DNA of 64,000 nucleotides from Patescibacteria group bacterium (GTDB lineage: Bacteria; Patescibacteriota; Patescibacteriia; Patescibacteriales; JBAZCA01), in NCBI GenBank assembly GCA_041661405.1, contig JBAZUL010000001.1, positions 92,403 to 156,402 of the forward strand, in the 5' to 3' direction. How positions within the stretch are numbered: the stretch's first letter is position 1; each line of letters opens with the position of its first letter. This document shows, in pieces, positions 25,758 to 34,587 of the stretch. Below the pieces are notes generated by a model that worked only from the letters and a program-made list of their open reading frames with translations, had not been told where the DNA came from and did not search any database. The translations under genes and the position numbers were made by a program.

Positions 25758-27101
25758 ATGGAAAAGGAGCAAATTTGGCAAGTGGTTCTCGGAGAAATTG
25801 AACTTACTTTGTCGCGGGCGAATTTCACCACCTGGTTTAAAAACACATCCATATCCGACATCCAGGAAGACCGGATAATTATCAGCGTGCCTAATAATTT
25901 TACAAAAACCTGGCTGGAAAAAAAATACCATAAGGAAATTTCTCTGGCTTTGGAGCGGATTATTAATAAAAAAATTAAGGAAATCATTTATAAAATTGAA
26001 ACTATAAAAAGAGATAATGGCGGCAGTCGGCCGGCCGGATCGGCTAATAACGGCTATAGTTCTTTTGAACCCCAGCCGCAAAATCGTTTTGGCCTTAATA
26101 ACCGTTATACCTTTGAAAATTTTATTGTCGGCAAAGGGAATGAGCTGGCCCACGCGGCTTGTCAGGCGGTAGCAGCCAACCCCGGCCGGGCTTATAATCC
26201 GCTATTCATTTATGGCGGTGTCGGCCTCGGAAAAACCCACCTGATCCAGGCGGTCGGACATGAATTAGCAAAAAAAACCAGTAAGATCCTTTTTGTTACC
26301 AGTGAAAAATTCACCAATGACTATATTCAGGCGGTGCGAAACGGCCGGGCCAAGGAATTTAAAGACACTTACCGGAACGTTGATTTGTTTCTGGTGGACG
26401 ATATCCAGTTCATCAGCGGCAAAGAAAGCACCCAGGAAGAGTTTTTCCACACCTTTAACGAGCTCCACCAATCCAACAAGCAAGTCGTGGTCGCCTCTGA
26501 CCGGCCGCCAAAATCCATCCCTTACCTGGAAAAACGCCTCCTATCCCGTTTTGAGTGGGGCATGATTGCCGATGTGTCCCAGCCAGACCTGGAAACCCGC
26601 GTCGCTATTTTAGACGCCAAATGCCGGGAGCGGAATTTCCTCATCCCAATAGACCTTCTAAATTATGTAGCCGAAAACGTGGTCTCTAATATCAGAGAGT
26701 TGGAAGGCGTATTAAACCGCCTAATCGCTTACCACGAATTTAATAACACCAAGCCCACCTTGGACAGTTTAAAGCAGGTTTTAGGCGGTATTGTCGCGGC
26801 GTCAGTTCGCCCAACCTCCTCAAAAAGGATTATTGAGGCTGTGTCCGGATTTTATGAAGCGCCAATTAATGACATAACCGGAAAAAGCCGAAAAAAAGAA
26901 CTGGTTAAACCGCGGCAGATAATCATGTACCTTCTGCGCACCGAACTAAATATTTCTTACCCAACCATCGGCAATGAGCTTGGAGGAAGGGACCATACTA
27001 CTGCCATGCACGCTTTTGTAAAAGTAAGCAAAGAGGTGGGAGAAAATGCCCGCGTTAAGCAAGAAATTGACGCAATTAAACAGTTGCTTAGTTGTGGATA
27101 A
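25758..27101 (+). CDS. dnaA: Chromosomal replication initiator DnaA
   Basis: YNPLFIYGGVGLGKTHL (Walker A), LLVDDIQF, and the C-terminal DNA-binding motif GGRDHTTAMHA. Confidence 0.97.
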   Translation: MEKEQIWQVVLGEIELTLSRANFTTWFKNTSISDIQEDRIIISVPNNFTKTWLEKKYHKEISLALERIINKKIKEIIYKIETIKRDNGGSRPAGSANNGYSSFEPQPQNRFGLNNRYTFENFIVGKGNELAHAACQAVAANPGRAYNPLFIYGGVGLGKTHLIQAVGHELAKKTSKILFVTSEKFTNDYIQAVRNGRAKEFKDTYRNVDLFLVDDIQFISGKESTQEEFFHTFNELHQSNKQVVVASDRPPKSIPYLEKRLLSRFEWGMIADVSQPDLETRVAILDAKCRERNFLIPIDLLNYVAENVVSNIRELEGVLNRLIAYHEFNNTKPTLDSLKQVLGGIVAASVRPTSSKRIIEAVSGFYEAPINDITGKSRKKELVKPRQIIMYLLRTELNISYPTIGNELGGRDHTTAMHAFVKVSKEVGENARVKQEIDAIKQLLSCG

Positions 27102-27335
27102 GCTGTGCGCCAAAAAGGTAAAAGATTTTTACTTATCCCCACAATTTCTACCCCAAGCCGCTTTTTCGCCTTATGCACTTTTAATCAACAGCGTCCGTCC
27201 ATAGGCTATACACAGTTTATCAGTAGATAAATACAGCTAACATTAAAGTTTAATTAAGCCTTTTCCAGCTTGTCCACAGCCCTTATTATTATTACTATAA
27301 TATATAAATAATATATCTTTAATTATTAACAAGCC
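27093..27335 (+). promoter_or_regulatory. dnaA-dnaN intergenic DnaA boxes plus AT-rich tract (candidate DUE)
   Basis: A perfect TGTGGATAA at 27093-27101 overlaps the dnaA stop. TTGTCCACA lies at 27270-27278. A nearly pure A/T run spans 27283-27330. Confidence 0.55.
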
Positions 27336-27383
27336 GCATCTTAGGGGATAACTTCTTTACCGATAACATGCCGGTTAGTGATT

Positions 27384-28520
27384 ATGAAAATTTCCATACT
27401 CCAAAAAAATTTTAAACAAGGCCTTGGGCTGGTGGGAAGTATTACCGGCAAGCATGTTAATTTACCAATCCTGAACAATATACTGATTCGGGCGGAAAAT
27501 GGCATAATTAATTTAGTCTCTACGAATTTGGAAATTGGTGTTACGCACGTTATTAGGGGAAAAATAGAAAAAGAAGGCGGCTATACTGTAGATTCAAAAA
27601 TACTCGCCAATTACGTCGGGCTTTTGCCGAACGAAAAGGTGGAGATAGAACAGAAAGATGCGCAAATTATTATTCGTTGCGGAAAATATAATACAAAGAT
27701 AAATGGTCAGCCGGTTGACGACTTTCCGCTTATCCCAGTTATTGGGCGGGAAATTTTTTACGCGATAAAAAACGTCGATGACTTTAAAAACGCCCTTTCC
27801 CAGGTAATTTTTTCTGTTTCAACCAGCGAATCGCGGCTGGAACTCTCCGGGGCGCTTTTTTCTTTTTCCGGCGATAAGCTGGTTCTCGCGGCCACCGATA
27901 GTTACCGGCTGGCGGAAAAAAGAATAACTGTAAAAACCAATGCCAAGGACGGCGCGGAACGGAAAGTTATTGTCCCGGCCAGGACTATTCAGGAAATGAT
28001 AAGAATTCTTTCCGGGCTTGGGGAGAGCGAGATGATGGAGGAGGAAAAAGAAATTAAATGTTTTTTTTCAGAAAACCAAATACTGTTTAAAATCGGCGGA
28101 ACCGAGCTGGTTTCCCGGCTGATTGACGGGCAGTTTCCTGATTACGCGCAGATTATTCCGGAAAAACCAAGGACAACGATTATTGTTAATCGCCAGGAGT
28201 TTTTAAGAGCGGTAAAGGCTTCGTCAATATTTACCCGAAGCGATGTGAATGATATTAACCTGGATATTCCCGAAGGCAAGTCAAAATTGGTTATATCGTC
28301 ATCTTCGGATTTTGTCGGCGAGAACGTGGTTGAAGTTGAGGCGGCGGCCAAAGGCGCGGATAATTGCCTGGTTTTAAATTACCGCTACCTGATTGACGGC
28401 CTGAATAATATTAAAGACGAAACCGTGATAATGGAAATCGTGGATAATAATTCGCCCTGCGTAATCAGGCCGGAAAGCGATTCGGATTATCTCTATATAA
28501 TCATGCCGATTAAAAGATAG
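27384..28520 (+). CDS. dnaN: DNA polymerase III beta sliding clamp
   Basis: MKISILQKNF..., LPILNNILI, ATDSYRLA, and position after dnaA. The ATG at 27384 is preferred to the GTG at 27378. Confidence 0.93.
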   Translation: MKISILQKNFKQGLGLVGSITGKHVNLPILNNILIRAENGIINLVSTNLEIGVTHVIRGKIEKEGGYTVDSKILANYVGLLPNEKVEIEQKDAQIIIRCGKYNTKINGQPVDDFPLIPVIGREIFYAIKNVDDFKNALSQVIFSVSTSESRLELSGALFSFSGDKLVLAATDSYRLAEKRITVKTNAKDGAERKVIVPARTIQEMIRILSGLGESEMMEEEKEIKCFFSENQILFKIGGTELVSRLIDGQFPDYAQIIPEKPRTTIIVNRQEFLRAVKASSIFTRSDVNDINLDIPEGKSKLVISSSSDFVGENVVEVEAAAKGADNCLVLNYRYLIDGLNNIKDETVIMEIVDNNSPCVIRPESDSDYLYIIMPIKR

Positions 28521-28546
28521 TTGCCGGATTTAAAAAATTCCAGAAA

Positions 28547-28584
28547 TAAAAAACACCCCGCCGAATTGGCGGGGTGTTTTAAGC
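28547..28584. terminator. Bidirectional terminator between dnaN and glyQS
   Basis: A 12-bp stem aaacaccccgcc/ggcggggtgttt with A and T flanks. Confidence 0.75.
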
Positions 28585-28607
28585 TGATAGTAGATTGTGC
28601 GATTAAA

Positions 28608-30014
28608 TTACTTCAATTTTTCAGCCAGATATTTTTTTAGTTCGCTGATTTTTATCCGTTCCTGTTTCATGGAGTCGCGGTCGCGAACGGTAACGGCCTG
28701 GTCTTTTAGAGTGTCGTAATCAATGGTAACGCAGAAAGGCGTGCCGATTTCGTCCTGCCGGCGGTAGCGTTTGCCGATTGAGCCGGTTTCGTCGTATTCA
28801 GAAACAAAAGATTCTTTTAAGTCGTCAAAAATTTCTTTGGCGGCTTTTACGAGCTCATCTTTTTTCATCAGGGGAAAAACCGCTACCTTAATCGGGGCGA
28901 TTTTTTTCGGAAACTTCATAACCACCCGGGTTTCACCCTCCACTTCTTCTTCCTTGTAAGCGGCGTGTAGGGCCGCGAGAACGCTCCGGTCAACCCCGAA
29001 AGTCGGTTCTAAAACGTGCGGAACGTAGCGGCTGCCCGCCTCGGCATCATAATATTCCAGTTTTTCGCCGGAGAATTTAGCGTGCTGGGTCAGGTCAAAA
29101 TCGCTCCGGTGCGCCAAGCCATATAACTCCTTAACACCAAAAGGAAAATTATACATGGTATCAATGGTTTTCTTTGAGTAATGGGAAAGCTTTTCTTTTG
29201 GGTGTTCGTAGCGCGAAACATTATTTTTCGCGAGCCCTAATTCCAGAGCGAATTCTTCCTGCAGTTTTAGCCAGTTTTCAAACAGCGGCTCCCAATCAAT
29301 TTCCGGATGGATAAAATATTCAATCTCCATCTGCTCAAACTCCCTTAAGCGGAAGATGAAATTTCCGGCAACTATTTCATTCCTAAAGGCTTTGCCGATC
29401 TGGGCGATGCCAAAAGGAATTTTTACCCGCATGGAATCAAGAATGTTTTTAAATTCAACAAAAATAGCGCCGGCGGTTTCCGGTCGGAGATAAACCGGAA
29501 TATATTCACCCTTGTCGTCAACAATGCCGTTCATTTCGGTTTTAAACATCATGTTGAATTTCCTGGTTTCGGTCCAATCCGAAGCTCCGCAATTCGGGCA
29601 TTTGATTTTTTCTTCTTTTAAAACTTTATCCATGCCCGGCAGATCGCCTTCCAGGTCGCGTCCAGTCGCGTCCTCAACGACATGGTCGGCCCGGTAGCGC
29701 TTCTTACACTTCCTGCAGTCCACCATAGCGTCGTTAAATCCTCCGACGTGTCCTGAAGCCTCCCAGAGCCTTGGGTGCAGAAGTATAGGTCCGTCAATGC
29801 CGACGATATCCGGCCGATCCTGGATGAATTTTTTCCACCAGAGTTTTTTAATGTTATTCTTCAGCTCGGTTCCGTATGGCCCGTAAGAATAAGCGTTGGC
29901 GAACCCGCCGTAAATTTCGCAGGCCGAAAAAATAAATCCCCTTCTTTTGCAGAGCGATACGATTTTTTGCATTTGATCCTGGTTGTTTTCTTTTGACATA
30001 TTTTTATCTGGCAT
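28608..30014 (-). CDS. glyQS: Glycine--tRNA ligase (dimeric class II GlyQS type)
   Basis: RRGFIFSACEIYGGFANAYSYGPYG, FRNEI, and an anticodon-binding C-terminus. Confidence 0.93.
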   Translation of the reverse strand: MPDKNMSKENNQDQMQKIVSLCKRRGFIFSACEIYGGFANAYSYGPYGTELKNNIKKLWWKKFIQDRPDIVGIDGPILLHPRLWEASGHVGGFNDAMVDCRKCKKRYRADHVVEDATGRDLEGDLPGMDKVLKEEKIKCPNCGASDWTETRKFNMMFKTEMNGIVDDKGEYIPVYLRPETAGAIFVEFKNILDSMRVKIPFGIAQIGKAFRNEIVAGNFIFRLREFEQMEIEYFIHPEIDWEPLFENWLKLQEEFALELGLAKNNVSRYEHPKEKLSHYSKKTIDTMYNFPFGVKELYGLAHRSDFDLTQHAKFSGEKLEYYDAEAGSRYVPHVLEPTFGVDRSVLAALHAAYKEEEVEGETRVVMKFPKKIAPIKVAVFPLMKKDELVKAAKEIFDDLKESFVSEYDETGSIGKRYRRQDEIGTPFCVTIDYDTLKDQAVTVRDRDSMKQERIKISELKKYLAEKLK

Positions 30015-30094
30015 AAATCACATATCCGGCACAAATTAACAAATCAGATAATTGTTTGTAAATTTGTCAGATTCTTGTAATTCGCAGTATTAAT

Positions 30095-30266
30095 AAAAAA
30101 CCTCGTTTTAATACCGCAATACTGCGGTACTAGAACGAGGTTTTATATAAACTCCCGCGGTTCCATCTAGCTTCCCCGCATTTGCGGGGCACCTTAATTA
30201 TCCTTGTAGCTCCGCCCGAGGCGGAAGCGCGAAAGGGCGCCAATCTCCTTTCTTTAAGAGGAATAT
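30095..30266 (-). promoter_or_regulatory. T-box riboswitch leader (glycine-type) of glyQS
   Basis: On the minus strand, a stem III hairpin ccccgca-aat-gcgggg precedes a T-box core AGAUGGAACCGCGGG (30154-30168) that fits UGGNACCGCG. A terminator aaaacctcgtt...aacgaggtttttt follows at 30095-30144. A candidate GGC specifier lies at 30239-30241. Confidence 0.7.
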
Positions 30267-30272
30267 GGTTTG

Positions 30273-30302
30273 ATTATAGCTGGATATTTAAGGTTTTGTC
30301 AA
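30273..30302 (-). promoter_or_regulatory. Consensus sigma-70 promoter TTGACA-18-TATAAT driving the T-box leader
   Basis: -35 at 30302-30297 and -10 at 30278-30273 on the minus strand. Confidence 0.65.
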
Positions 30303-30376
30303 ATTTGGCGGGTTCAAAGTTGGTTTGCGGCTAAATTCACATGATTAATGTATTTGTCTGGATTATGATAATTTAT

Positions 30377-30406
30377 TTGTAAATTCTAACCCATTCGCGT
30401 TATAAT
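30377..30406 (+). promoter_or_regulatory. Candidate promoter TTGTAA-18-TATAAT for the 30.4-32.8 kb cluster
   Basis: -35 at 30377-30382 and -10 at 30401-30406. Confidence 0.4.
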
Positions 30407-30429
30407 AAACACACGGCTTTACTGTTTGC

Positions 30430-30774
30430 ATGTTAAAGTTCAATAATTTTACTGCTTATTGTTTAAATTTATTTATGATAAACAAAAAATGTAAACATAA
30501 ATGGATTCCGATGACCTCAGAGAAGATTTACGCTGTTAACAAAGAACAAGCTGAAAAATTTGATATTGACCATATTAAAGAGAGCACTATTCTTGGTTTT
30601 ATATATAGTAAGTGCAAATTTACTCTATCGCCAAACGATTTCAAGGAATATGCTTCGTTTGAAAAAACAAAATTCTACATAAAGCACACCAGGCTAGCTA
30701 GCTTCGTTTCCGTTATCGCAATAATTATATCCATAATTTCATTTGTGATTGTGATAATAAATAAAAAACCATGA
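30430..30774 (+). CDS. Hypothetical protein with C-terminal TM anchor
   Basis: The ORF ends in the hydrophobic stretch LASFVSVIAIIISIISFVIVII. Its stop overlaps the next start by 4 bp. No family recognised. Confidence 0.45.
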   Translation: MLKFNNFTAYCLNLFMINKKCKHKWIPMTSEKIYAVNKEQAEKFDIDHIKESTILGFIYSKCKFTLSPNDFKEYASFEKTKFYIKHTRLASFVSVIAIIISIISFVIVIINKKP

Positions 30775-31655
30775 ATAAGGACCAAAAAATTGAAATTTGT
30801 AAAAGAACGAGAAAATACGCCCAGGAATCGTTTTTTAAAGTGATGCGAAAAATTTTAACTGATAATCTGAAAGTGTCCGAAGCCGGGATAAGGGATATGT
30901 GGCTTTTTGAGCTTCGGAAAAACGAAGCGATTTTTAAGGACGGGTGGTATTCTCCGCCGCCTCACGGAATCGGCGTTTTAATTGGAACTGATAATGATGG
31001 AGAAGAAAGCAGGCTAAATTATAAAAGCATGCGGCCGGAAGAAATCTGGCCGAGAGATAATATTTATCTGAATACTAAAAATGGCCTGATTTACGCCTAC
31101 GCTTCTCCGATAGACAAAAAGACAGGGATTATCGGGGATTTTGGCATGACGCTTTACTTTGGTAAAAAGAAAGAAATCGTTGATCATCTGATTTCATGCT
31201 ACAGGATCGTCCAGGAAATTTATGAATACGTAAAGCCGGGGCTCGCTTTTTCCGAGATTGCCGGGTATGCGAAAGATTTAATTAGTTCGCGCGGGCTAAA
31301 TAACGAAATTGAAGCGAGAACCAACCCTTCCCCGGCGGATGATGTCGGGCATACGATTCCGTTTATTATGGAAGAGATGACAGAAAAAGAAATGGAAATT
31401 TTAAAAAGCGAAAGTTGTGATAAAATAAAATCTATGATAAGCGAAAAAAGAATTTTTGTCCGGGCTTCCGAAGTTCAAACCGTGAAAAACGGCATGGCTT
31501 TTACTATTGAGCCGAGGCCGAGGGTAGTTAATAATACCAAAATCCCCATGGTTTCGTTCCATTCAATATGCGCGATAGGCGAAAACGGAGAGAAAGAACT
31601 GATTACAAATTTTAACGAACTTTTTCAATTGGCGGGGATGGGATATATGAAGTAG
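30771..31655 (+). CDS. Pita-bread (M24 peptidase/creatinase-like) fold protein, possibly with degenerate metal ligands
   Basis: DDVGHTIPF and MAFTIEPRP resemble the M24 His and Glu motifs. The usual D..D pair is not obvious. Confidence 0.35.
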   Translation: MNKDQKIEICKRTRKYAQESFFKVMRKILTDNLKVSEAGIRDMWLFELRKNEAIFKDGWYSPPPHGIGVLIGTDNDGEESRLNYKSMRPEEIWPRDNIYLNTKNGLIYAYASPIDKKTGIIGDFGMTLYFGKKKEIVDHLISCYRIVQEIYEYVKPGLAFSEIAGYAKDLISSRGLNNEIEARTNPSPADDVGHTIPFIMEEMTEKEMEILKSESCDKIKSMISEKRIFVRASEVQTVKNGMAFTIEPRPRVVNNTKIPMVSFHSICAIGENGEKELITNFNELFQLAGMGYMK

Positions 31656-31936
31656 ATAAAACAAAGAAACTATTAATAAAACTTTCAGCCATATTAAAAA
31701 ATGACGGTCAAATTCTGGCTATTTCAAGAAATATTAGCGGCAAAGATTATTTTTCGATTAAACTTAGCCCTGTGTGGAAAAATAAAATTGGGTTGAAGTT
31801 TAGCTGGATACATTTTAATAAAAATTATCTATCAGATTTATGCGAGCAAGCCGGGCTTCGACTTAATGTGTTGCAAGGTAATCAGCATGGATGTCTTGTA
31901 AAAATAGTAAAAAATAATTTGCGTAAAATTTCATAA
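31655..31936 (+). pseudogene. Met-less open frame resembling the C-terminal part of a class I SAM methyltransferase (gene remnant)
   Basis: Reads ..LLIKLSAILKNDGQILAISRNISGKDYF...LCEQAGLRLNVLQGNQHGCLVKIVK, with no start codon and no N-terminal SAM-binding motifs. Confidence 0.3.
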
Positions 31937-31939
31937 AAC

Positions 31940-32809
31940 ATGTTGAACGTGAAAGAAAAAATTAAAGAGATACAAGAAGCCACGGGTCTTAAAATAAGTT
32001 CATATAAGATAATAAATAGAGGATTTGAAAGCCTGATTATTGAAGTAAATAAAAAATGGATTTTTCGGTTTCCCCGAAATCAGGGTTTAAGAAAAAAAAC
32101 AAAAGAACGGCTGAATTATTTAGCTTCATTCTCCATGGTATCGCCTCTAAAAATACCAGAGCCGAAATTTATAGAAAACGGGTTTATTGGCTATAAAAAA
32201 ATACCCGGCAAACCGTTTTATCCGGCCAACTTTAAAAAATTAACTGAAAAAGAAAAGACTAAAACAGCAAAACAGATCGGTTTATTTTTAAAAACCCTTC
32301 ACGCTCATAAGAACAAACGCATAGATTTTAATACAGGATATTTAGTCATGCGAAAAGAAGACTATAAGACGCCTCCCTTAACTATTGCTAAACGCTTGAA
32401 TTTGGATGAGCGAAAAGCCCTTAAAGCCAAGATCGGAATTATTGCGAAAAACCCTTTGAATTTTAAAAAACCGTCATCAATAATACATGGAGATTTGAAC
32501 TTCAATAATATTCTTTGGGATCCAGAGAAAAAGAGCATTACCGGTATAATAGATTGGGCGGAGCTTGGGCTCGGTATGCCAGCCATGGATTTTATAATGC
32601 TGGCTGATTTTAATGTAAAGAAAAACGATAAATTCTTAAAAGAAATTTTAAAATATTACGGCGTAAAAGGAAATGATTTATTATTTCAAATAAAAGAAAA
32701 CGCCATCATAGACGTAATGAATTGGTTTTGGTCTTACCATAAAGAGAAGAACCAAAAAGGTATGGCGAGGATGATTGGAAAATTAAAGAGGATATTAGCT
32801 CACAAGTAA
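31940..32809 (+). CDS. Aminoglycoside phosphotransferase (APH)/choline kinase family kinase
   Basis: Brenner motif IIHGDLNFNNILW followed by GIIDWAELGLGMPAMDF. Confidence 0.75.
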   Translation: MLNVKEKIKEIQEATGLKISSYKIINRGFESLIIEVNKKWIFRFPRNQGLRKKTKERLNYLASFSMVSPLKIPEPKFIENGFIGYKKIPGKPFYPANFKKLTEKEKTKTAKQIGLFLKTLHAHKNKRIDFNTGYLVMRKEDYKTPPLTIAKRLNLDERKALKAKIGIIAKNPLNFKKPSSIIHGDLNFNNILWDPEKKSITGIIDWAELGLGMPAMDFIMLADFNVKKNDKFLKEILKYYGVKGNDLLFQIKENAIIDVMNWFWSYHKEKNQKGMARMIGKLKRILAHK

Positions 32810-32862
32810 ATTCCCTAAAATGTATATTATTTTGGGGAATTCATTCGCCAATTGCGCTATTC

Positions 32863-34584
32863 CTACATCTCCTCCAAAGTCTCAATGCCTAAAATATAGA
32901 GTCCGTTTTTTATAACTTGGTTGGCGGATTTAAGCAAAACCAGGCGGGCGGCTCTGTCTTTTGGATCGGCCTTTAATACCGGCACGTCGTGGTAATAATC
33001 ATTAACCGCCTGCGCGAGTTCAAATAAATATTTGGCGATTTCGGCCGGGTCATAATTGGCGCCGGCTTTTTCTATGATTTCTGGGTATTTGGCGAGCTTA
33101 AGGATAATCGCGTGTTCTTTTGGGTGGGACAGGTTTTTTAAATCAGCCTTGATTTTCTTGACTGACAAAGTTTTTGCTTTCCGGAAGATGCTTTCAATCC
33201 TCGCGAAAGTGTATTGAATGTACGGGCCGCTCGCGCCGGAAAGGTTTATAGACTCGTCAATGTCAAAAACGATTTCTTTGCCGATGCTTGATTTTAAAAT
33301 TGAGTATTTTACCGCCGAGAGGCTTACCTTCCTTATCACCTCTTTAGTATCGGCCGCGTTTTTATTTTCTTTGGTGATGGCGGCGATTTTTTCCGCCACG
33401 GTATCTAAAAGCCATTCCCCCAAGACGACATTTCCGAGGCGCGAACTCATTTTACCGTCTTTTAATCTTACCCAGCCGTATGGCAGATGGACTTCTTTGT
33501 CTTTTAGTTTGGGAAAAACCTCTTCAATGGCTTTGAAGATCACTTTAAAATATTCGTTTTGTTCGGTCGCGACGATGTGGATGATTTTTTCCGGTTTATA
33601 TTCTTTATATTGCAGTTCAGCCAGTCCCATATCCTTGCCCTCGTAAGTTGGAAAGCCTTCGGAATTGATGAATACACGGTTATGGAGACCGTAATTTTCG
33701 CCCGGGAAGATTATGGCGCCGTCGCTTTTTATAAATATATTGGTTTTAATATTGGCCAAGACGATTTTTTTGCCGCTTTCCTGGGTTTGCGATTCAAAGT
33801 AAAGCCGGTCAAATTTCGTGTCCATTCTTTCGTAGATTTTATCAAAATATTCCAGACTCCAGGCCCGGGTGGTCTCATAAACCTCCATAATCTTTTTGTC
33901 CCGGGAATAAATGAGTTTGTTAATTTCAATTATTTCGATTTTTGCTTCCGGATTTTCTTCATAGTTTTTACTGCCCAAAGCATATGCCTGGCCGAGGAAT
34001 TTAACTTTTTCAGCAATTGGTTTTTTTGCCGCTCCTTCGTATTGGTCATTAAGCCGGTTTATTCCCCAAAGGCACTTGGCGATATGCAACCCGACATCGC
34101 CCTGGTAGTTAGCGCGTATCACCTTATATCCGCTGACTCCCATGATCCGGGCGACAGCCTCGCCGGTGATAATGTTTCTTAAATGCCCGATATGGAAAGC
34201 TTTATGGGTGTTCGGGTGGGCGTATTCCAGCATGATTTTTCCCCCTTTACCGCTCTTATTCGCGCCGTAGTTATTTTTTTCTTTGGAGATTTCTTTTAAG
34301 GTGATTTCAGCGAGTTCAAGTTTGTTTAAAGTAAAATTCAAGTACGGTCCAACGGCTTTTGCTTCGTTTACCGTCTTGTCCGCGACAATTTTTTCCGCGA
34401 GAACTTTTGCCGCTTCAATCGGATTTATTTTTAATTCTTTGGCAATGTTAAAGCAGGCCAGGCTTAAATCGCCGAACTGGGAATTTTGGGGATATATAAA
34501 ATCGTCCGGCTTAACAAAATTGTTTTTTGTTTCCGCGTTAACCAATTCTGCAAGATAAATTTTTATTTTGTTTAGCGGATTCAT
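32863..34584 (-). CDS. argS: Arginine--tRNA ligase
   Basis: HPNTHKAFHIGHLRN (HIGH), a class I core, and a DALR-type C-terminus. Confidence 0.93.
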   Translation of the reverse strand: MNPLNKIKIYLAELVNAETKNNFVKPDDFIYPQNSQFGDLSLACFNIAKELKINPIEAAKVLAEKIVADKTVNEAKAVGPYLNFTLNKLELAEITLKEISKEKNNYGANKSGKGGKIMLEYAHPNTHKAFHIGHLRNIITGEAVARIMGVSGYKVIRANYQGDVGLHIAKCLWGINRLNDQYEGAAKKPIAEKVKFLGQAYALGSKNYEENPEAKIEIIEINKLIYSRDKKIMEVYETTRAWSLEYFDKIYERMDTKFDRLYFESQTQESGKKIVLANIKTNIFIKSDGAIIFPGENYGLHNRVFINSEGFPTYEGKDMGLAELQYKEYKPEKIIHIVATEQNEYFKVIFKAIEEVFPKLKDKEVHLPYGWVRLKDGKMSSRLGNVVLGEWLLDTVAEKIAAITKENKNAADTKEVIRKVSLSAVKYSILKSSIGKEIVFDIDESINLSGASGPYIQYTFARIESIFRKAKTLSVKKIKADLKNLSHPKEHAIILKLAKYPEIIEKAGANYDPAEIAKYLFELAQAVNDYYHDVPVLKADPKDRAARLVLLKSANQVIKNGLYILGIETLEEM

Positions 34585-34587
34585 AAT

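Noticed and set aside
25528-26153. Three overlapping ORFs (25528-25740 +, 25670-25987 -, 25737-26153 -) at the dnaA 5' region
   Set aside because: They lie in the DnaA-box/promoter spacer or antisense to dnaA, and have no motifs or SD.
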